From the human T2T-CHM13v2.0 reference genome, Homo sapiens: a DNA stretch of 64,000 nucleotides. The position numbers and the translations under genes were made by a program. Below are positions 47,631 to 61,499 of the stretch, one piece after another (within the stretch, counting starts at the first letter, position 1; every line of letters begins with the position of its first letter). The stretch is taken from the NCBI RefSeq assembly GCF_009914755.1, contig NC_060929.1; one strand, given 5' to 3'. A model generated the notes under the pieces. That model was given only the letters and a program-made list of their open reading frames with translations, was not told the DNA's origin and ran no database searches.

Positions 47631-48528
47631 TATGACAACAGCCAAAGAGTAAATATCCTTTCAAGTCCAATCCTGCCTAAGATGTCAAAATCAAGAATGA
47701 AGAGGTTATGTGCTGAAACAGAGTGAGTCCTTTTCTCTCCTTACTCTACCCTAAATGGTAAACTCCTGCCTCAGCTGACCACAAAAATATCTTCTGCAAA
47801 TCTGTGAGGAGAAAGGAGGGAAAGCAACAAAAATTGTATGTGGGCTTAGATGTTTTGTTAGAATTACAACAGCCCATGTGTAGCTTAGCAGAAACCATTA
47901 CAATGATGACTACACAATATAGTACAAAAATGTCCCCTCATTTTAACCATAGTCATCTAAACTGTACAAGTTAGTTTATAATTTTAATTTATACATCTCT
48001 AGGGAAGCCAGAAACTTCAGTTTCTCTCCCCACCTCTCTTCTCTTGCACTTCAAAATCCTACTAAGATAAGGAAAAAGGAAAGGAGATTTGTTCCCTCCT
48101 GGCTAACAGCTGGTCCATCTTTGATCACTAGGATGATCAAAGAAATGTCCCTATACCATATTTTGCATATCCTCCTCCTATTCCAGACCACTTCCTTGGG
48201 CATCTATCTTTTTATCAATCTACTCCCACCCTTCACATTAAATGATTTCAGTGACATACAGCAGACAGACACCTCCAAAAATACTAACAAGGCTACATGT
48301 TGTTCATTTAAGTTAAAAATAAAATTTAAACCTACTTATCATGACTAGGACTCAGTGCCAACATTTTGGCAGCTCAAGAAAATCCATTAAGGAAAATATT
48401 CTTAATTAGATGCTAAGGGCAAAGCTCTGTCCAAACTAACCAACTGTATTAGAATGAGGTCTGGATTCTGACTTAAATTTGGAGAATCAAGTAACATTCC
48501 TGCCCTTGCTCAAGCCCAAGCAGGAATG

Positions 48529-48936
48529 TGCTGTGGTTTGAATGTGTTCTCTAAAAATTCATGCATTGGAAACATAATTGCCATTGTAATAATATTAAGA
48601 AGTGAAGCTTTAAAGAGGTGATTTAGGTGATAGGGACTGTGCCCTCATAAAAGGATGAATGCCATTATTGTGGGAGTGGGTTAGTTATCATGGGAGTGAG
48701 CTCCTGATAAAAGGATAAATTTGGTCCCCATTTTCTCTCTGTCTTGTGCACTCTCACTACTCTGTCTCACCCTCTCTCCCCCTGTGATGCTTTCTGCCAC
48801 AAGATGACCTTCACAAGATGCAGCCTCTGGATCTTGGACTTCCCCAGCCTCCAGAACTGTAAGCCAAATGAATCTCTTTGTTTATAAATTACCCAGTGTG
48901 TGGTATTCTTACAGCAGCAGAAAATGGACTAAGACA
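48529..48936 (+). mobile_element. Solo MST (C/D-like) LTR
   Basis: tgctgtggtttgaatgtg...ataaattacccagtgtgtggtattcttacagcagcagaaaatggactaagaca. Confidence 0.85.
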
Positions 48937-49644
48937 GTATGTGTGAAGTGTGGATAGTAATTACAACAAGTTCTGCCTTCTAGATTCAGTTTATATTTAA
49001 AGCCCAAAAAGTAGGATCATATAACCAAATAATTTCTAATGACCCCTCCAACAAAATGATTATTACTTGAAATCAACCCCCTATCACTTGTACTTTCCAT
49101 CTAGATGCTGGGGACACAAAACTGAGTTAGACCCAAGAACACCCTTTTCATTATGCCTGGAATTTTTTTAAAATGAGAAAAGATAACATATCAGTGTTCA
49201 AAACATACTTTAAGAGAATTTCGAACAAAAAAACATAAAATAGCCTCTAGTTTGTGATGGAGACAATTTGTAGGTTGATATATTTACCTAGAGTTAGACA
49301 ACCTGTGAGGTTTGAGGGCACAGTCTCTAAGGTGTCCCTGATTTCTGACACCAACTGCAAGTTTGGAGGGTTCCCAGAAACACCCTCAGGTTTGAAATTT
49401 TGCTAGAAGGTCTCACAGAACTCACTGAAAGCTGTTATCTTTACAGTTACCATTTATTACAAGGAAAGAATACAGACTAACATCAGCCAAGGGAAGAAAC
49501 ACGTAAGGCAGAGTCCAAAAGGGTACCAAACACAGCGCTTTTGCTATACTCTTCCATTATTTGCTGTACTTTCCCAGTGGAGTCAAGACATGTTACCCTC
49601 CCAAAATCCATCCATGACAATATGCAATATAGAATTGCCAGTAA

Positions 49645-52282
49645 CCCTTTTCCTGTTTGCCCTAAGAATACTCACGAGTGGCACTTGCAGCTGCAGCATT
49701 TACCTTGAGATTACTTTGCTGATATTGTTTGATGTGTCCCCCCCCCAAATCTCATGTTGAATTCCCATGTGTTGTGGGAAGGACCCATGGGAGGTAATTG
49801 AATCATGGGGGCAGGTCTTTCCCTGCTGTTCTTGTAATAGTGAATAAGTCTCACAAGATCAGATAGTTTTAAAATGGAAGTTTCCCTGCACAAGTTCTCT
49901 TCTCTTGTCTGCTGCCATGTGAGATGTACCTTTCAACTTCTGCCATGATTGTGAGGCCTCCCCAGCCATGTGGAATTGTAAGCCCATTAAACCTCTTTCT
50001 TTTGTAAATTGCCCAGTCTTGAGTATGTTGGATCTGTTTGGAGGGCTCTGAAGAAGACAGGAAAATGTGGGAAAGTTTGGAACTCCCTAGAGACTTGTTG
50101 AATGGCTTTGACCAAAATGCTGATAATGATATAAACAATGAAACCCAGGCTGAGGTGATCTCAGATGGAGATGAGGAACTTGTTGGGAACTGGAGCAAAG
50201 GTGACTCTTGTTATGTTTTAGCAAAGAAACTGGTAGCGTTTTGCCCCTGCCCTAGAGATTTGTCGAACTTTGAATTTGAGAGACATGATTTAGGGTATCT
50301 GGCAGAAGAAATTTCTAAGCAGCAAAGCATTCAAGAGGTGACTTGGATGCTGTTAAAAGCATTCAGTTTAAAAGGGAAACAGAGCATAAAAGTTTGGAAA
50401 TTCTGTAGCCTGACAATGTAGAAAAGAAAATCCCATTTTTTGAGGAGAAATTCAAGCTGGCTGCAGAAATTTGCATAACTAATGAGGAGATGAATGTTAA
50501 TCACCAAGACAATGGGGAAAATGTCTCCAGGGCATGTCACAGACCTTTGTGGCAGCCCCTCCCACCACAGGCCCAGAGGTTTAGGAGGAAAAAATGGTTT
50601 CGTGGGCGGGGCCCAGGGTCCCTCTGCTGTGTGCAGTCTAGGGACTTGGTGCCCTGCATCCCAGCCACTCCAGCCATAACTAAAAAGGATCAAGGTGCAG
50701 CATGGGCTTTTGCTTCAGAAGGTAGAAGCCCCCAAGCCTTGGCAGCTTCCACATGATTTTAAGCCTGTGGATGCACAGATATCAAGAACTGAGGTTTGGG
50801 AACCTCCACCTAGATTTCAGAGGATGAAAGGAAATGCCTGGATGCCCAGGCAGAAGTTTGCTACAGGGGTGGGGCCCTCTGGGAGAACCTCTGCTAGGGC
50901 AGTGTGGAAGGCAAGTATGGGGTCAGAGCCCCCACACAGAGTCCCTACTGGGGCACTGCAGAGGGGAGCTTTGAGAAGAGAGCCACTGTCTTCAGACTCC
51001 GGAATGGTAGATCCACTGACAGCTTGCACCGTGTGCCTGGAAAAGCTGCAAACACTCACCACCAGTCCATGAAAGCAGCCAGGAGGGAGACTGTACTCTG
51101 CAAAGCCACAGGGACTGAACTGCCCAAGACCATGGGAACCCACCTCTTGCATCATCATAGTCTGGATGTGAGACACGGAGTCAAAGGAGATCATTTTGGA
51201 GCTTTAAGATTTGACTGCTGGATTTTGGACTTGCATGGGCCCTGTAACCCCTTTGTTTTGGCCAATTTCTCCCATTAGGAATGGCTGTATTTACCCAATG
51301 TCTGTACCCCATTGTATCTAGAAAGAAACTAACTTACTTTTAGGTTTACAGGCTCATAAACTGAAGGCACTTGCCTTATCTTGGATGAGACTTTGGACTG
51401 TGGACTTTTGAGTTAATGCTAAAATTAGTGAAGACTTTGGGGGACCATTGGCTTGGTTTTGAAATAGGAGGACATGAGATTTGGGAGGGGGCCAGAGGCA
51501 GAATGACGTGGTTTGGCTGTGTCCACACCCACATCTCATCTTGAATTCCCATGTGTTATGGGAGGGACCCAGTGGGAGGTAACAGAATCATGAGGGCAGG
51601 TCTTTCCCTGCTGTCACCATGATAGTGAATAAGTCTCATGAGATCTGATGGTTCTAAAAAGGAGAGTTTCCCTGCACAAGTTCTCTTCTTTTTCTGCTGC
51701 CATGTGAGATGTGCCTTTCACCTTCCACCATGATTGTGAGGCCTCCCCAGCCATGTGGAACCATAAGTCCATTAAGCCTCTTACTTTTGTAAATTGCCCA
51801 GTCCTTGGTATGTCTTTATCAGCAGTGTGAAAATGGACTAATGCATTTGCCATGAAGTATCTTGCTTTTATTATTATTTTCATATCACTCTAGTATATCA
51901 ACTTTTGAAACAAAAGACATTCTATTTATAGCATTCAAATTTTAGTAGTGGCATTTCCATTTGCAAATATAGTAATTCTGTATTGCTGAAAATGTCAAAT
52001 CCTAGAAAATGAAGCATTCCTACATGTGATGTTAACATCATTCTCAAACAGTTGTTGGCTGAAGATTCAATTGATGAATCTGATTTTTCTGAAAGAGATC
52101 ATTCTGATGATTCAGACTATTCTGATGTTAGTTCCGTTTAGAAATAACTCCAAGAACAGTTTTCATATTTTATTTTTCACATAGAAAATCAATCAGACTT
52201 GCTTCAGCCTCAAAGAGCATGTTTATGTAAAATTAAATGAGCACTGGCAGTGAGCTGCACTTATTTTCCTAAATGGGAATAG
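49645..52282 (+). mobile_element. MER75 piggyBac-family non-autonomous transposon split by THE1 (49645-49719 and 51846-52282)
   Basis: Starts cccttttcctgtttgccctaagaatactc, contains aaaatgtcaaatcctagaaaa...gattctgatgattcagac, and ends taaatgggaatag. Flanks are degenerate TTAA-like gtaa/ttag. Confidence 0.88.
49720..51845 (+). mobile_element. Two-LTR THE1 element with internal region
   Basis: 5' LTR 49720 to ~50030 (its 3' end deleted), THE1-int, and 3' LTR 51504-51845. TSD TTTGC at 49715-49719 and 51846-51850. Confidence 0.93.
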
Positions 52283-53229
52283 TTAGGGAAGCTCACGAGA
52301 GCTTCAACATTCAGAATTTTTGAGGGGCTCCATTGTGGAGGCATCACTGATCCATTGTCCATATGGAACTCAGTCTTCAGGTCAGATGATACATGACCCA
52401 AAGCCTCTAAGTCATGTGGTTGGTCTTTCTAGCTTGGGGAGCCTCTACCCTAAAACTGTTGGACATAGTCAGTCTTCCTAAACAAAAACACTTTTGCCAG
52501 CTATGATAGGTTATTTCCCAGAATCTGAGGCCACAGGCCAGAACTCTCTTTAGGAAAGGCCCAATTCTTTACTATACAATATTTCACATGGACTCCTATA
52601 TAAGTTTTATTTGGATGAGAGGTGGTAGGCAAAGGAAGAGAAATGGTAATTAAGTCTCTGTCATACTAGTGAAATCATCAGGAATAGGTGATTAGTTTTA
52701 AGTAGTACAGAGACCAGTCTTCTTCAGTTTAGTCCTAGAGAACCTTTCCATTTTCTACTTAGTGTCTCTCTTTTAAATTTCTTCTCACCATTCCTTTATG
52801 AAAAGAGAGAATAAAATAGTGTGAGCTTTCTTGTGAGCTATGTAAAGATAAGACAACAAAGAGGAAATATGTAAAGGATAGGCTCTCTGACCCTGACCTT
52901 TTTCTGATCTCTTGAATAGTAATTGGATAGGTTGGAAACAGCTGTGGAAAGCTGTAGCTGCATCCCTAACAGAGATTTGTTTCTAAACTAAGCCTTTATG
53001 ATAAAACTCCCTAATGATAAAAAAAAACCATGAAAATCCCCTAAACGGCCCACAAAGTACAGAATATATGAAGTTATGCTTATACTCTAGATCTTTACTT
53101 CTTATGCACACTCAAATGTGAAACTTCTGAAATAGTTTAAATGTTAGAGCTAAAGAAGAGTTTGTGTGCAGATATCTGAGAATTTAAACAATTCTGATAA
53201 ATCCAGTGGGCAACTCGGTCTTTATTGTA

Positions 53230-54000
53230 ACCATTCAGCAGCACTTAACACGATTTAACATCCTCTTTCTTAAAACTTGAAACACTTTCTGCATTTGACT
53301 TTTGTGAAATTATGGAGCTCTTTGATTTTCCTTTGCTGAATTTTTCCTGACCTCTAGATGTTAATGTGCCTGAGATGTGTTCCCTTCTTTATCTGCCTTT
53401 ATTCCTGAGTTTATCCCATCCACTCCCTTCACTATTATATGGCATCACGATGCTGATGGCTTCCAAATATCCATATCCAGCCCCGATTTCTTTGATTTTC
53501 ATATTCATATATCTAACTTCTTATTCAACATATCTATTAAAATATTCAACATACATTTCAAACTTCTTATTTTCTACCTCCAAAAGCTACTCCTATTGCA
53601 TACCTCTTCATCTCACTAAATGACACATTGATTCTTACAATTGTTCAGGTTGTCCTTTGATTCTTTATCTCTCGTATTTCACACACAATTCCTCAGGAAA
53701 ATCTGTTGCCTGTCTTCAAAAGGTAACCTAAATCTATCCAATTCCCAGCATCTCTACTACAACTATTCTAGTCCACAATAGATGCTGTAATTGATTGTTC
53801 TGCATGCTTCTGTTTTTGCCTCCCTACAATCTAGTCTCCAATTGGCAGCTGTGGATATCTTCTAAAAATTCATACCAGAACTTGTTGCTTCCCTGATCAA
53901 AATCTTTAATAAGTTTCCTCACTCAAATAGAATACAATCCAAAACCATTTCTATAAGCCTATAAAGTCCTGCATGATCTGGCCCTTCACTACCTCATACC
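53230..54000 (+). mobile_element. L2 fragment
   Basis: tcagcagcacttaacac...ctataaagtcctgcatgatctggccc. Confidence 0.65.
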
Positions 54001-54228
54001 TCCACTGAGTCAGCAGATGGTAAAAGACTGTTTTGAAGGGATGGAGAAAGCACTTGGCCAATAACCTTGGAGTTTCATAAATGGCAGTCTCAAAGTCAAG
54101 TACCTGGCTCTTTCCTAAAAATATTTAAAGACGAGAGAATTACTGAGGGTACCTTTGATGAGAGAGTAAGGAGATAAGAACTGTCATGTCTTCCCAACAG
54201 CTAGTGGACATGATCATACATGGATGGG

Positions 54229-54693
54229 TGTATTCGTTTTCTAGGCCTACCATAACAAAGTATTTCAGACTGGGTGGCTTACACAACATAAATTCATTTT
54301 TTCATAGTTCTGAAGACTAGAAGTCCAAGATCAAGGTCATGGCAGGGCTGGTTCCTTCTGAGGACTGTGAGAGAGAATCTGTTCCGTGCTTTCCTCCTAG
54401 CTTCTGGTAGTTTGCTGGCTATCTTTGGTGTTCTTTGGATTGTAGATGCGTCACCCAGATTTCTGCCTTTATCTTCACTTGGCATTTTCCCTGTGTGCTT
54501 GTCTCTGCATCAAAAGTTTTCCCTTTTATAGGAACACAAGTCATATTGGATTCAGTCTAACCTTAATGACGTTATTTTAACTTGATTACCTCTGTGATGA
54601 CATTAGTTCCAAATAAGGACACATTCGGAGGTAGTTGAGGTTAGGAAAGACTTCACCATATCTTTTGTGGAAGATAAAATTCAACCCACAACA
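54229..54693 (-). mobile_element. MLT1B/C solo LTR
   Basis: tgtattcgttttctaggcctaccataacaaag...aattcaacccacaaca. Confidence 0.8.
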
Positions 54694-55085
54694 CTGAAGT
54701 ATAATTATTTTTGAAAAAGGAGAGAATCAAATCTAGTAGAAAGAAAGAAGAAGCAAACCAGCCAGCAGAATGAGGTTGTGTGAAGTAAGCCACCAGAAGA
54801 GGAGATCCATGGGAATTGTGAGATGCTGACTGGGACATTCACCCCATGTACTAGAGAATGTCAGTGTTAGAGTTCCTGAATTTTGGATGAATCTCCAAAA
54901 TTATACTAAAGTGCCTAATGACAGCACCGGTATTTGGGCATTTGCTACAGAGAGGACAACAATTCCAATTTATAATAGCCTTTTTCTCCCACCTCTGAGC
55001 CGACCCCAAAGGACCTCAAAGTAATAGGATTAGTGTAGGACAAGGGGAAGTAAAAGGTAGAGGAACTGAGACAAAACAAATCATG

Positions 55086-55515
<430 letters not shown>

Positions 55516-55667
55516 TCACGTAAAGAGCCTGGAGCTTGGAAGTTTGTCACGCTCATCTTCACAAGACAAAAGCTGAGCAAACTGAAAATCAACAAGTATT
55601 CTTAGATCTGTCAGAGAATTAATGTCACAAGGCAAACTTCTGCCCTCAAAACTAGACAGACCAGTGG

Positions 55668-58392
55668 TATATTAGACCATTCTTGCATTGCTATAAAGAA
55701 ATACCTGAGACTCGGTAATGTATAAAGAAAAGAGGGTTAATCGGCTCATGGTTCTGCAGGCTTTACAGGAAGCATAGTGCTAGCATCTAATTGACTTCTA
55801 GAGAGGCTTCAGGAAGTTTACAATCATGGCCGATGGTGAAATGGGGAGCAGGCACATCACATGGCAAAAGCAGGAGCAATAGAGAGTGGTGGTGGAAGGT
55901 GATAACACACTATTAAATGACCAGATGTCATGAGAACTCACTGTCACAAGGACAGCACCAAGCGATGAAGGATCTGCCCCCATGATCCAAACATCTCCCA
56001 CAAAGTCCTACCCCCAGGATTGCAGATTATAATTCAACATGAAGTAAGGGCAGGGGCAAATATCCAAACTATATCATTCTGCCCCGGCCCCTCCCAGATC
56101 TCATGTCCTTCTTACTTTGCAGAATACAATCATGCCTTCCCAACAGTGCCCCCAAAATCTTAACTCATTTCAACATTAACTCAAAAGTCTCAAGTCTTGG
56201 CAGGCGTGGTGGCTCGTGCCTGTAATCCCAGTATATTGAGAGGCCAAGGCAGGTGTATCACTTGAGGTCAGGAGTTCAAGACAAGCCTGGCCAACATGGT
56301 GAAAACCCATCTCTACTAAAAATACAAAAATTAGCTGAGTATGGTGGTGTACACCCGTGATCTCAGCTACTTGGGAGGCTAAGGCAGGAGAATCACTTGA
56401 AGCCTGGAAGCAGAGGTTACAGTGAGCTGAGATCATGCCACTGCACTCCAGCTACCCCACCCCCCACAAAAAAGTCTCAAGTCTCATCTGAGACAAGGCA
56501 AATCCCTCCCACCTATGAGCCTGCAAAATAAAAAACAAGTGAGTTACTTCCAAGATACAATGGAGGTATAGGTATTGGGTAACATTCCCACTCCAAAAGG
56601 GAGAAATCAGCCCAAAGAAAGGGGCTATAGGCCCCATGCAAGTTCAAACCCAGCAGGCAGTCATTAAATCTTAAAGTTCCAAAATAGTTTTCTTTGACTC
56701 CATGTTTTGCATCTAGAGTACAACGGATGGGCTCCCAAGTCTTGGGCAGCTCCACCCCTGTGGCTTTGCCGGGTTCAGCCCCCAGGGCTGCTCTCATGGT
56801 TTGGAGTTGAATGCCTGCAGTTTATCCAGGTGCAAGGTGCAAGCTGACAGTGGATCTACCATTCTGGGGTCTGGAAGAGGATGACCCCTTTCTCACAGCT
56901 TTATTAGGCAGTCCCCGCTTAGGGACTCTGTGTGGGAGCTCCAACCCCATATTACTCCTTGGCACTGCTCTAGTAGAGGTTCTCTGTGAGGGCTCTGCTC
57001 CAGAAGCAGGCTTCTGCCTGGGCACCCAGGCTTTCTCATACATCTGAAATGTAGGTGGAAGCTGCCAAGTGTACTTCACTCTTGCATTCTGTGCATCTAT
57101 AAGCTTAACACCACATGGAAGCCAGCAAGGCTTATGGCTTGCATTCTCCAAAGTGGCAGCTAGAGCTGTACCTAGGTCCTTTTGAGCTGAGGCTGGAGCA
57201 GGAGTGGCTGAGATGCAGGTAAAGGTGTCCCAAGGCTGTGCAGGGCAGCGGGGCCCTGGCCCATGAAAACATTAGGTTCTCATAGGCCTCAGGGCCTGTG
57301 ATAAATGGGGCTGCCAGGGAGGTCTCTGACATGCCTTCAAGGCCTTTTCTCCATTGTCTTTGATGTTAGCACTTGGCTTCCTTTTAGTAATACAAATATA
57401 TCTAGCAAGTTGTTGCTCAACAGCCTGCTTGAATTCCTCTCCTGAAAAAGCTTTTCCTTTCTCTGCCACATGGCCAGGCTGCAAATTTTTCAAAATCTTA
57501 TGCTCTGCTTCTCTTTTAAATATAAGTTCCAACTTATTTCTTTGCTTTCACATCTGAGCTAGGCTATTAAAAGCAGCCACACCTCTTGTTAAACGCATTG
57601 CTACTTAGAAATTTCTTCTGCCAGATACCCTAAATTATCACTCTTTAGTTCAAACCTCCACTGATCCCTAGGCATGAACACAATGCCTCCAAGCTCTTTG
57701 CTAAGTTATAACACATGTGACCTTTGCTGCAGTTCCCAATAAGTTCCTCATTTCCATCTGAGACCTTGCTAGCCTAGACTTCACTGTCCATATCACTGTC
57801 AGCATTTTGGTCACAACCATTTAACCTGTCTCTAAAAAGTATTAAACTTTCCCTCATCTTTCTGTCTTCTTTTGAGCCTTCCAAATTCTTCCAACCTCTG
57901 CTCATTACTCAGTTCCAAAGTTGCTACCACATTTCAGGTATCTTTATGGCAATTCCCTGGACTCCTCAGTACCCATTTTCTGTATTAGGGCATTCTTGCA
58001 TTGCTATAAAGAAATAACTGAGACTGGGTAGTTTATTTATTTATTTTTTTAAGAGAGAGGTTTAATTGGTTCATGGTTCGGCAGGCTTTATCGGAATCAT
58101 GGTGCCAGCATCTGCTCAGCTTTGAGGGAGGCTTCAGGAAGCTTACAGTCATGGTGGACGGCAAAGAGGGAGCAGGCATATCACATGGCAAAAGCAGCAG
58201 CAAGCAAGGGGAGGGGGAGATGCCACATAGTTTTAAATGACCAGATCTCGCAAGAACTTACTATCACAAAGCACCAAGCCATGAGGGATCCACCCCCATG
58301 ATCCAAACTGGTTCCAAAAGGACCCACCTCCAGCATTGGGAATTACAATTCAACATGAGATTTGGACGGGGACAAATATTCAAACTACATCA
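55668..58392 (-). mobile_element. Two-LTR MSTA/B element with internal region (LTRs ~55668-56076 and 57981-58392)
   Basis: Both LTRs begin t(a/g)tattag..cattcttgcattgctataaagaaata and end caaacta(t/c)atca. MaLR-int lies between them. Confidence 0.9.
56198..56469 (+). mobile_element. AluSx in MST-int with an abnormal 3' end
   Basis: TSD aaaagtctcaagtct at 56183-56197 and 56470-56484. Confidence 0.9.
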
Positions 58393-59221
58393 GGTAGATA
58401 CAGAGAGCCACAGCTTACTAGAAGCAAAAGCCAGGAAATTGAACGACCATCTGTAGGGACCCTTTAAACTGTAATTGACAAATTACTGGAGGCTCACAGT
58501 GAACTAGCTTCAGAGTTAAAAACTCTAAGGCATCTAGTGTTTGTGAGTTTTCTCTCTAAGCACCCTAACAGGTTCCCACTATAAGGATCAGAGAATAGTC
58601 ACTGATGGTGGGAGGGAAAAATAACTATTTAAAAATATGCCCAGAGCTCTCTGTTTTTCTTGACAAGGTATGCCCTTAAGGGAAACTATTTTATCAGAGC
58701 CTGACTGGGGGCTTATCAGAGGCTTACCAACATAGAGGAACAGAAATACTCAATTCCAGCTCTTTCTAACCTTCAAAGTAGGAGGGGGGAGGTGGACAAC
58801 ATGCAAAGACAGTAGGGAATTGTCTGCCCTTGAAGAAGAGGGATGGAAACTAAGAAATCATAAAAAAGACATGCTAGAGATAAAAAAAACACAGTAACAG
58901 AAATGAAGAATGCTTTTGATAGGCTCATAAGTAGACTGGACACAGCCAAGAGAATAATCTCTGAGTTTGAAGCTATGTCAATAGAAATTTCTGAAACTCA
59001 AATGCAAAGAGAAAAAAGAATTAAAAAGATGGAACAGAATATCAAAGAATTATGGGACAATTATTAATACGAAAAGTGTGGCCAGGTGCTGTAGCTCATG
59101 CCTGTAATCACAGCACTTTGGGAGGCCAAGGCAGGCACTTGAACCCCAGAGGTGGAGGTTGCAGTGAGCTGAGATCGCACCATTGCACTCCAGCCCAGGC
59201 CACAGTGTGAGACCCTGACTC

Positions 59222-59252
<31 letters not shown>

Positions 59253-60180
59253 GTGTAACCTATGCATAATAGGAATACCAAAAGGAGAAGAAACTGAAAA
59301 AGTAACAGAGAAACTATTTGAATTAATAATGGCTGAGAATTTTCCAAAGTTAATGACAGATACAAACCTACAAATCCAGGAATTGCAGAACACACCAAAC
59401 AGGATAAATACCAAAAAATGTAGACATGGGCATATCATATTCAAAGTTCAGGAAATCAAAGACAAAAATATTTTTGAAAGAAGCCAGAGGAAGGAAACTC
59501 ACCTTACCTATGGAGGAAAAAGCATAAGAATTACATTGAATTTATCTTCAGAAACCGTGCAAGAAGAGGGCAGAGTGAAATATTTAAAGTTTTAAAAGAA
59601 AAATCTACCAACCTAGAGTTCTGTATCCAGTGAAATTATCCTTTAAAAGTGGAAAAATAAAGACATTCTCAGACAAAAAAATAATTGAGGAAATTTGTCA
59701 CCAGAAGACCTACCTTGCAAGAAATGTTAAAAGAAATTTTTCAGAGAAATGGAAAGATACAAGTCAGAAACTCATATCTACGTGGAAAAAGGGAGTTAGA
59801 GAAGAACAAATGAAGAAAAGGTAAAATCTTTTATTTTTCTTATTCTTATTCTAACAGATAACAGTCTATTCAAAATAATAATAATAGCAACAGTGTATTT
59901 GGATTATAGCTTATTGTTAAGTAAAATTAATCACAGCAATGTTAAAAGTGATGGGAGAGGGGAATTTGAAATACTTTTATAAGGTATTTACACTACTATG
60001 AAACAATACGGTTTTATTTAAAAGTGGACTTGGATTAATCGTGAATGTATATTGCAAATTCTAGGGCCGCCACTATAAAAAGCTTAAAAAAAGGTCTAAT
60101 TTTCATGCTAAGAGAGAATTGAAACTGGAATGATATAAAATGCTCATTTAAATTATACAAGGCATAAAAGAGTAGAAGAA
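58393..60180 (+). mobile_element. Old L1M 5'/ORF1 remnants
   Basis: ORF 59329-59595 MAENFPKLMTDTNLQIQE..TPNRIN is L1 ORF1p-like. Confidence 0.8.
59080..59248 (+). mobile_element. Internally deleted Alu (left-arm start fused to right-arm end)
   Basis: ggaggccaaggcaggc|acttgaacccc junction, TSD aaaagtgt and (CAAAA)n tail. Confidence 0.85.
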
Positions 60181-60304
60181 AGAGAGACACAGGGAGGGAG
60201 AGGGAAGGAAAAAGCAGAGAGAGAGGATAGAAGGGAGAGAGAAAAGAAAGAAATAGAAAAGAAAGGAGGGAAAGAAGGAAGGAATGGACTGACGCTGGTA
60301 GTGA

Positions 60305-60651
<347 letters not shown>

Positions 60652-61292
60652 TAAACTTTTAAATAACTGAAAATGAAACATTCCAAGACAGCCTAATGTG
60701 ACCACAAAAGCATTAATGCGTACCTAAGGTTTAATTCTGGGATAGGGAAAAATATCTGACAAAGCAAGTTTGGAGTGTCCTTGTAGCAAAACAATTAGGC
60801 TTTCTATATAGCTAGTCCCCCATTCAAGTGCTGCACATTCAATATATGAGTTACATCCATGTATATATATGAAAGAAACTAAAATTCAAAACATTACATG
60901 AAATAATTATGTAAATATCATGTTTTCAAGATTGGAATGGTATTTTTATACCATTGGATAATTGGAATATCAAGACAGTAATTTTTCAATCCCTTCTGGG
61001 TACTTCTTTTCTTCTGATATTATTAATGTGTCCCTTCATTGTGTGTCGCAAGTCTGAGCTTACCTACTCCTAGTTCTCCACAAACTTCCATAATTACAAA
61101 ATTACCATTACTCTTCTTTATTCTAATCCCCTTGTAAACTTTAATATCTGTATTTTTGGCAATCTGATTATTCCCAAATATCTTCAGAAACTTATTCCAC
61201 CTCCCAGTATTTATTGCAACAATATATTAGATGTTGAATATGGTCAAATAGCTTTTAAGACACCATGTTCTTATAATGAGCCTTCTTCTTAA

Positions 61293-61333
61293 ACACACAG
61301 ACACACACACACACACACACACACACCCACACA
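61293..61333. repeat. Imperfect (CA)n microsatellite
   Basis: CA run interrupted by ga and cc. Confidence 0.9.
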
Positions 61334-61499
61334 TGCTACACTACATTGCTGTAATAAATCAGCAGTAAATAGAACTACGTGATGAGTCCTGAGAGTCCTT
61401 CTATCTAATCCCTGAATGTCAGGGTAGTCTTGGAGACCCTCTACACCGTTACTCATTCTCAAGAGAAAAGACAAAGAGTGAAGACTGACCACAAGATAA

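Larger units (their letters stand above)
49304..52579 (-). mobile_element. MER21-like LTR split by MER75/THE1 (pieces 49304-49640 and 52283-52579)
   Basis: Co-linear with the uninterrupted copy at 28.8-29.4 kb on both sides of the insert. Confidence 0.7.

Noticed and set aside
50038-51278. 120-127 aa ORFs in THE1-int, and ORFs in MST-int at 56.5-57.5 kb
   Set aside because: Broken remnants of the MaLR internal ORF.
60170-60290. GA-rich purine tract (possible triplex DNA)
   Set aside because: Low-complexity sequence with no clear mirror symmetry, and common genome-wide.
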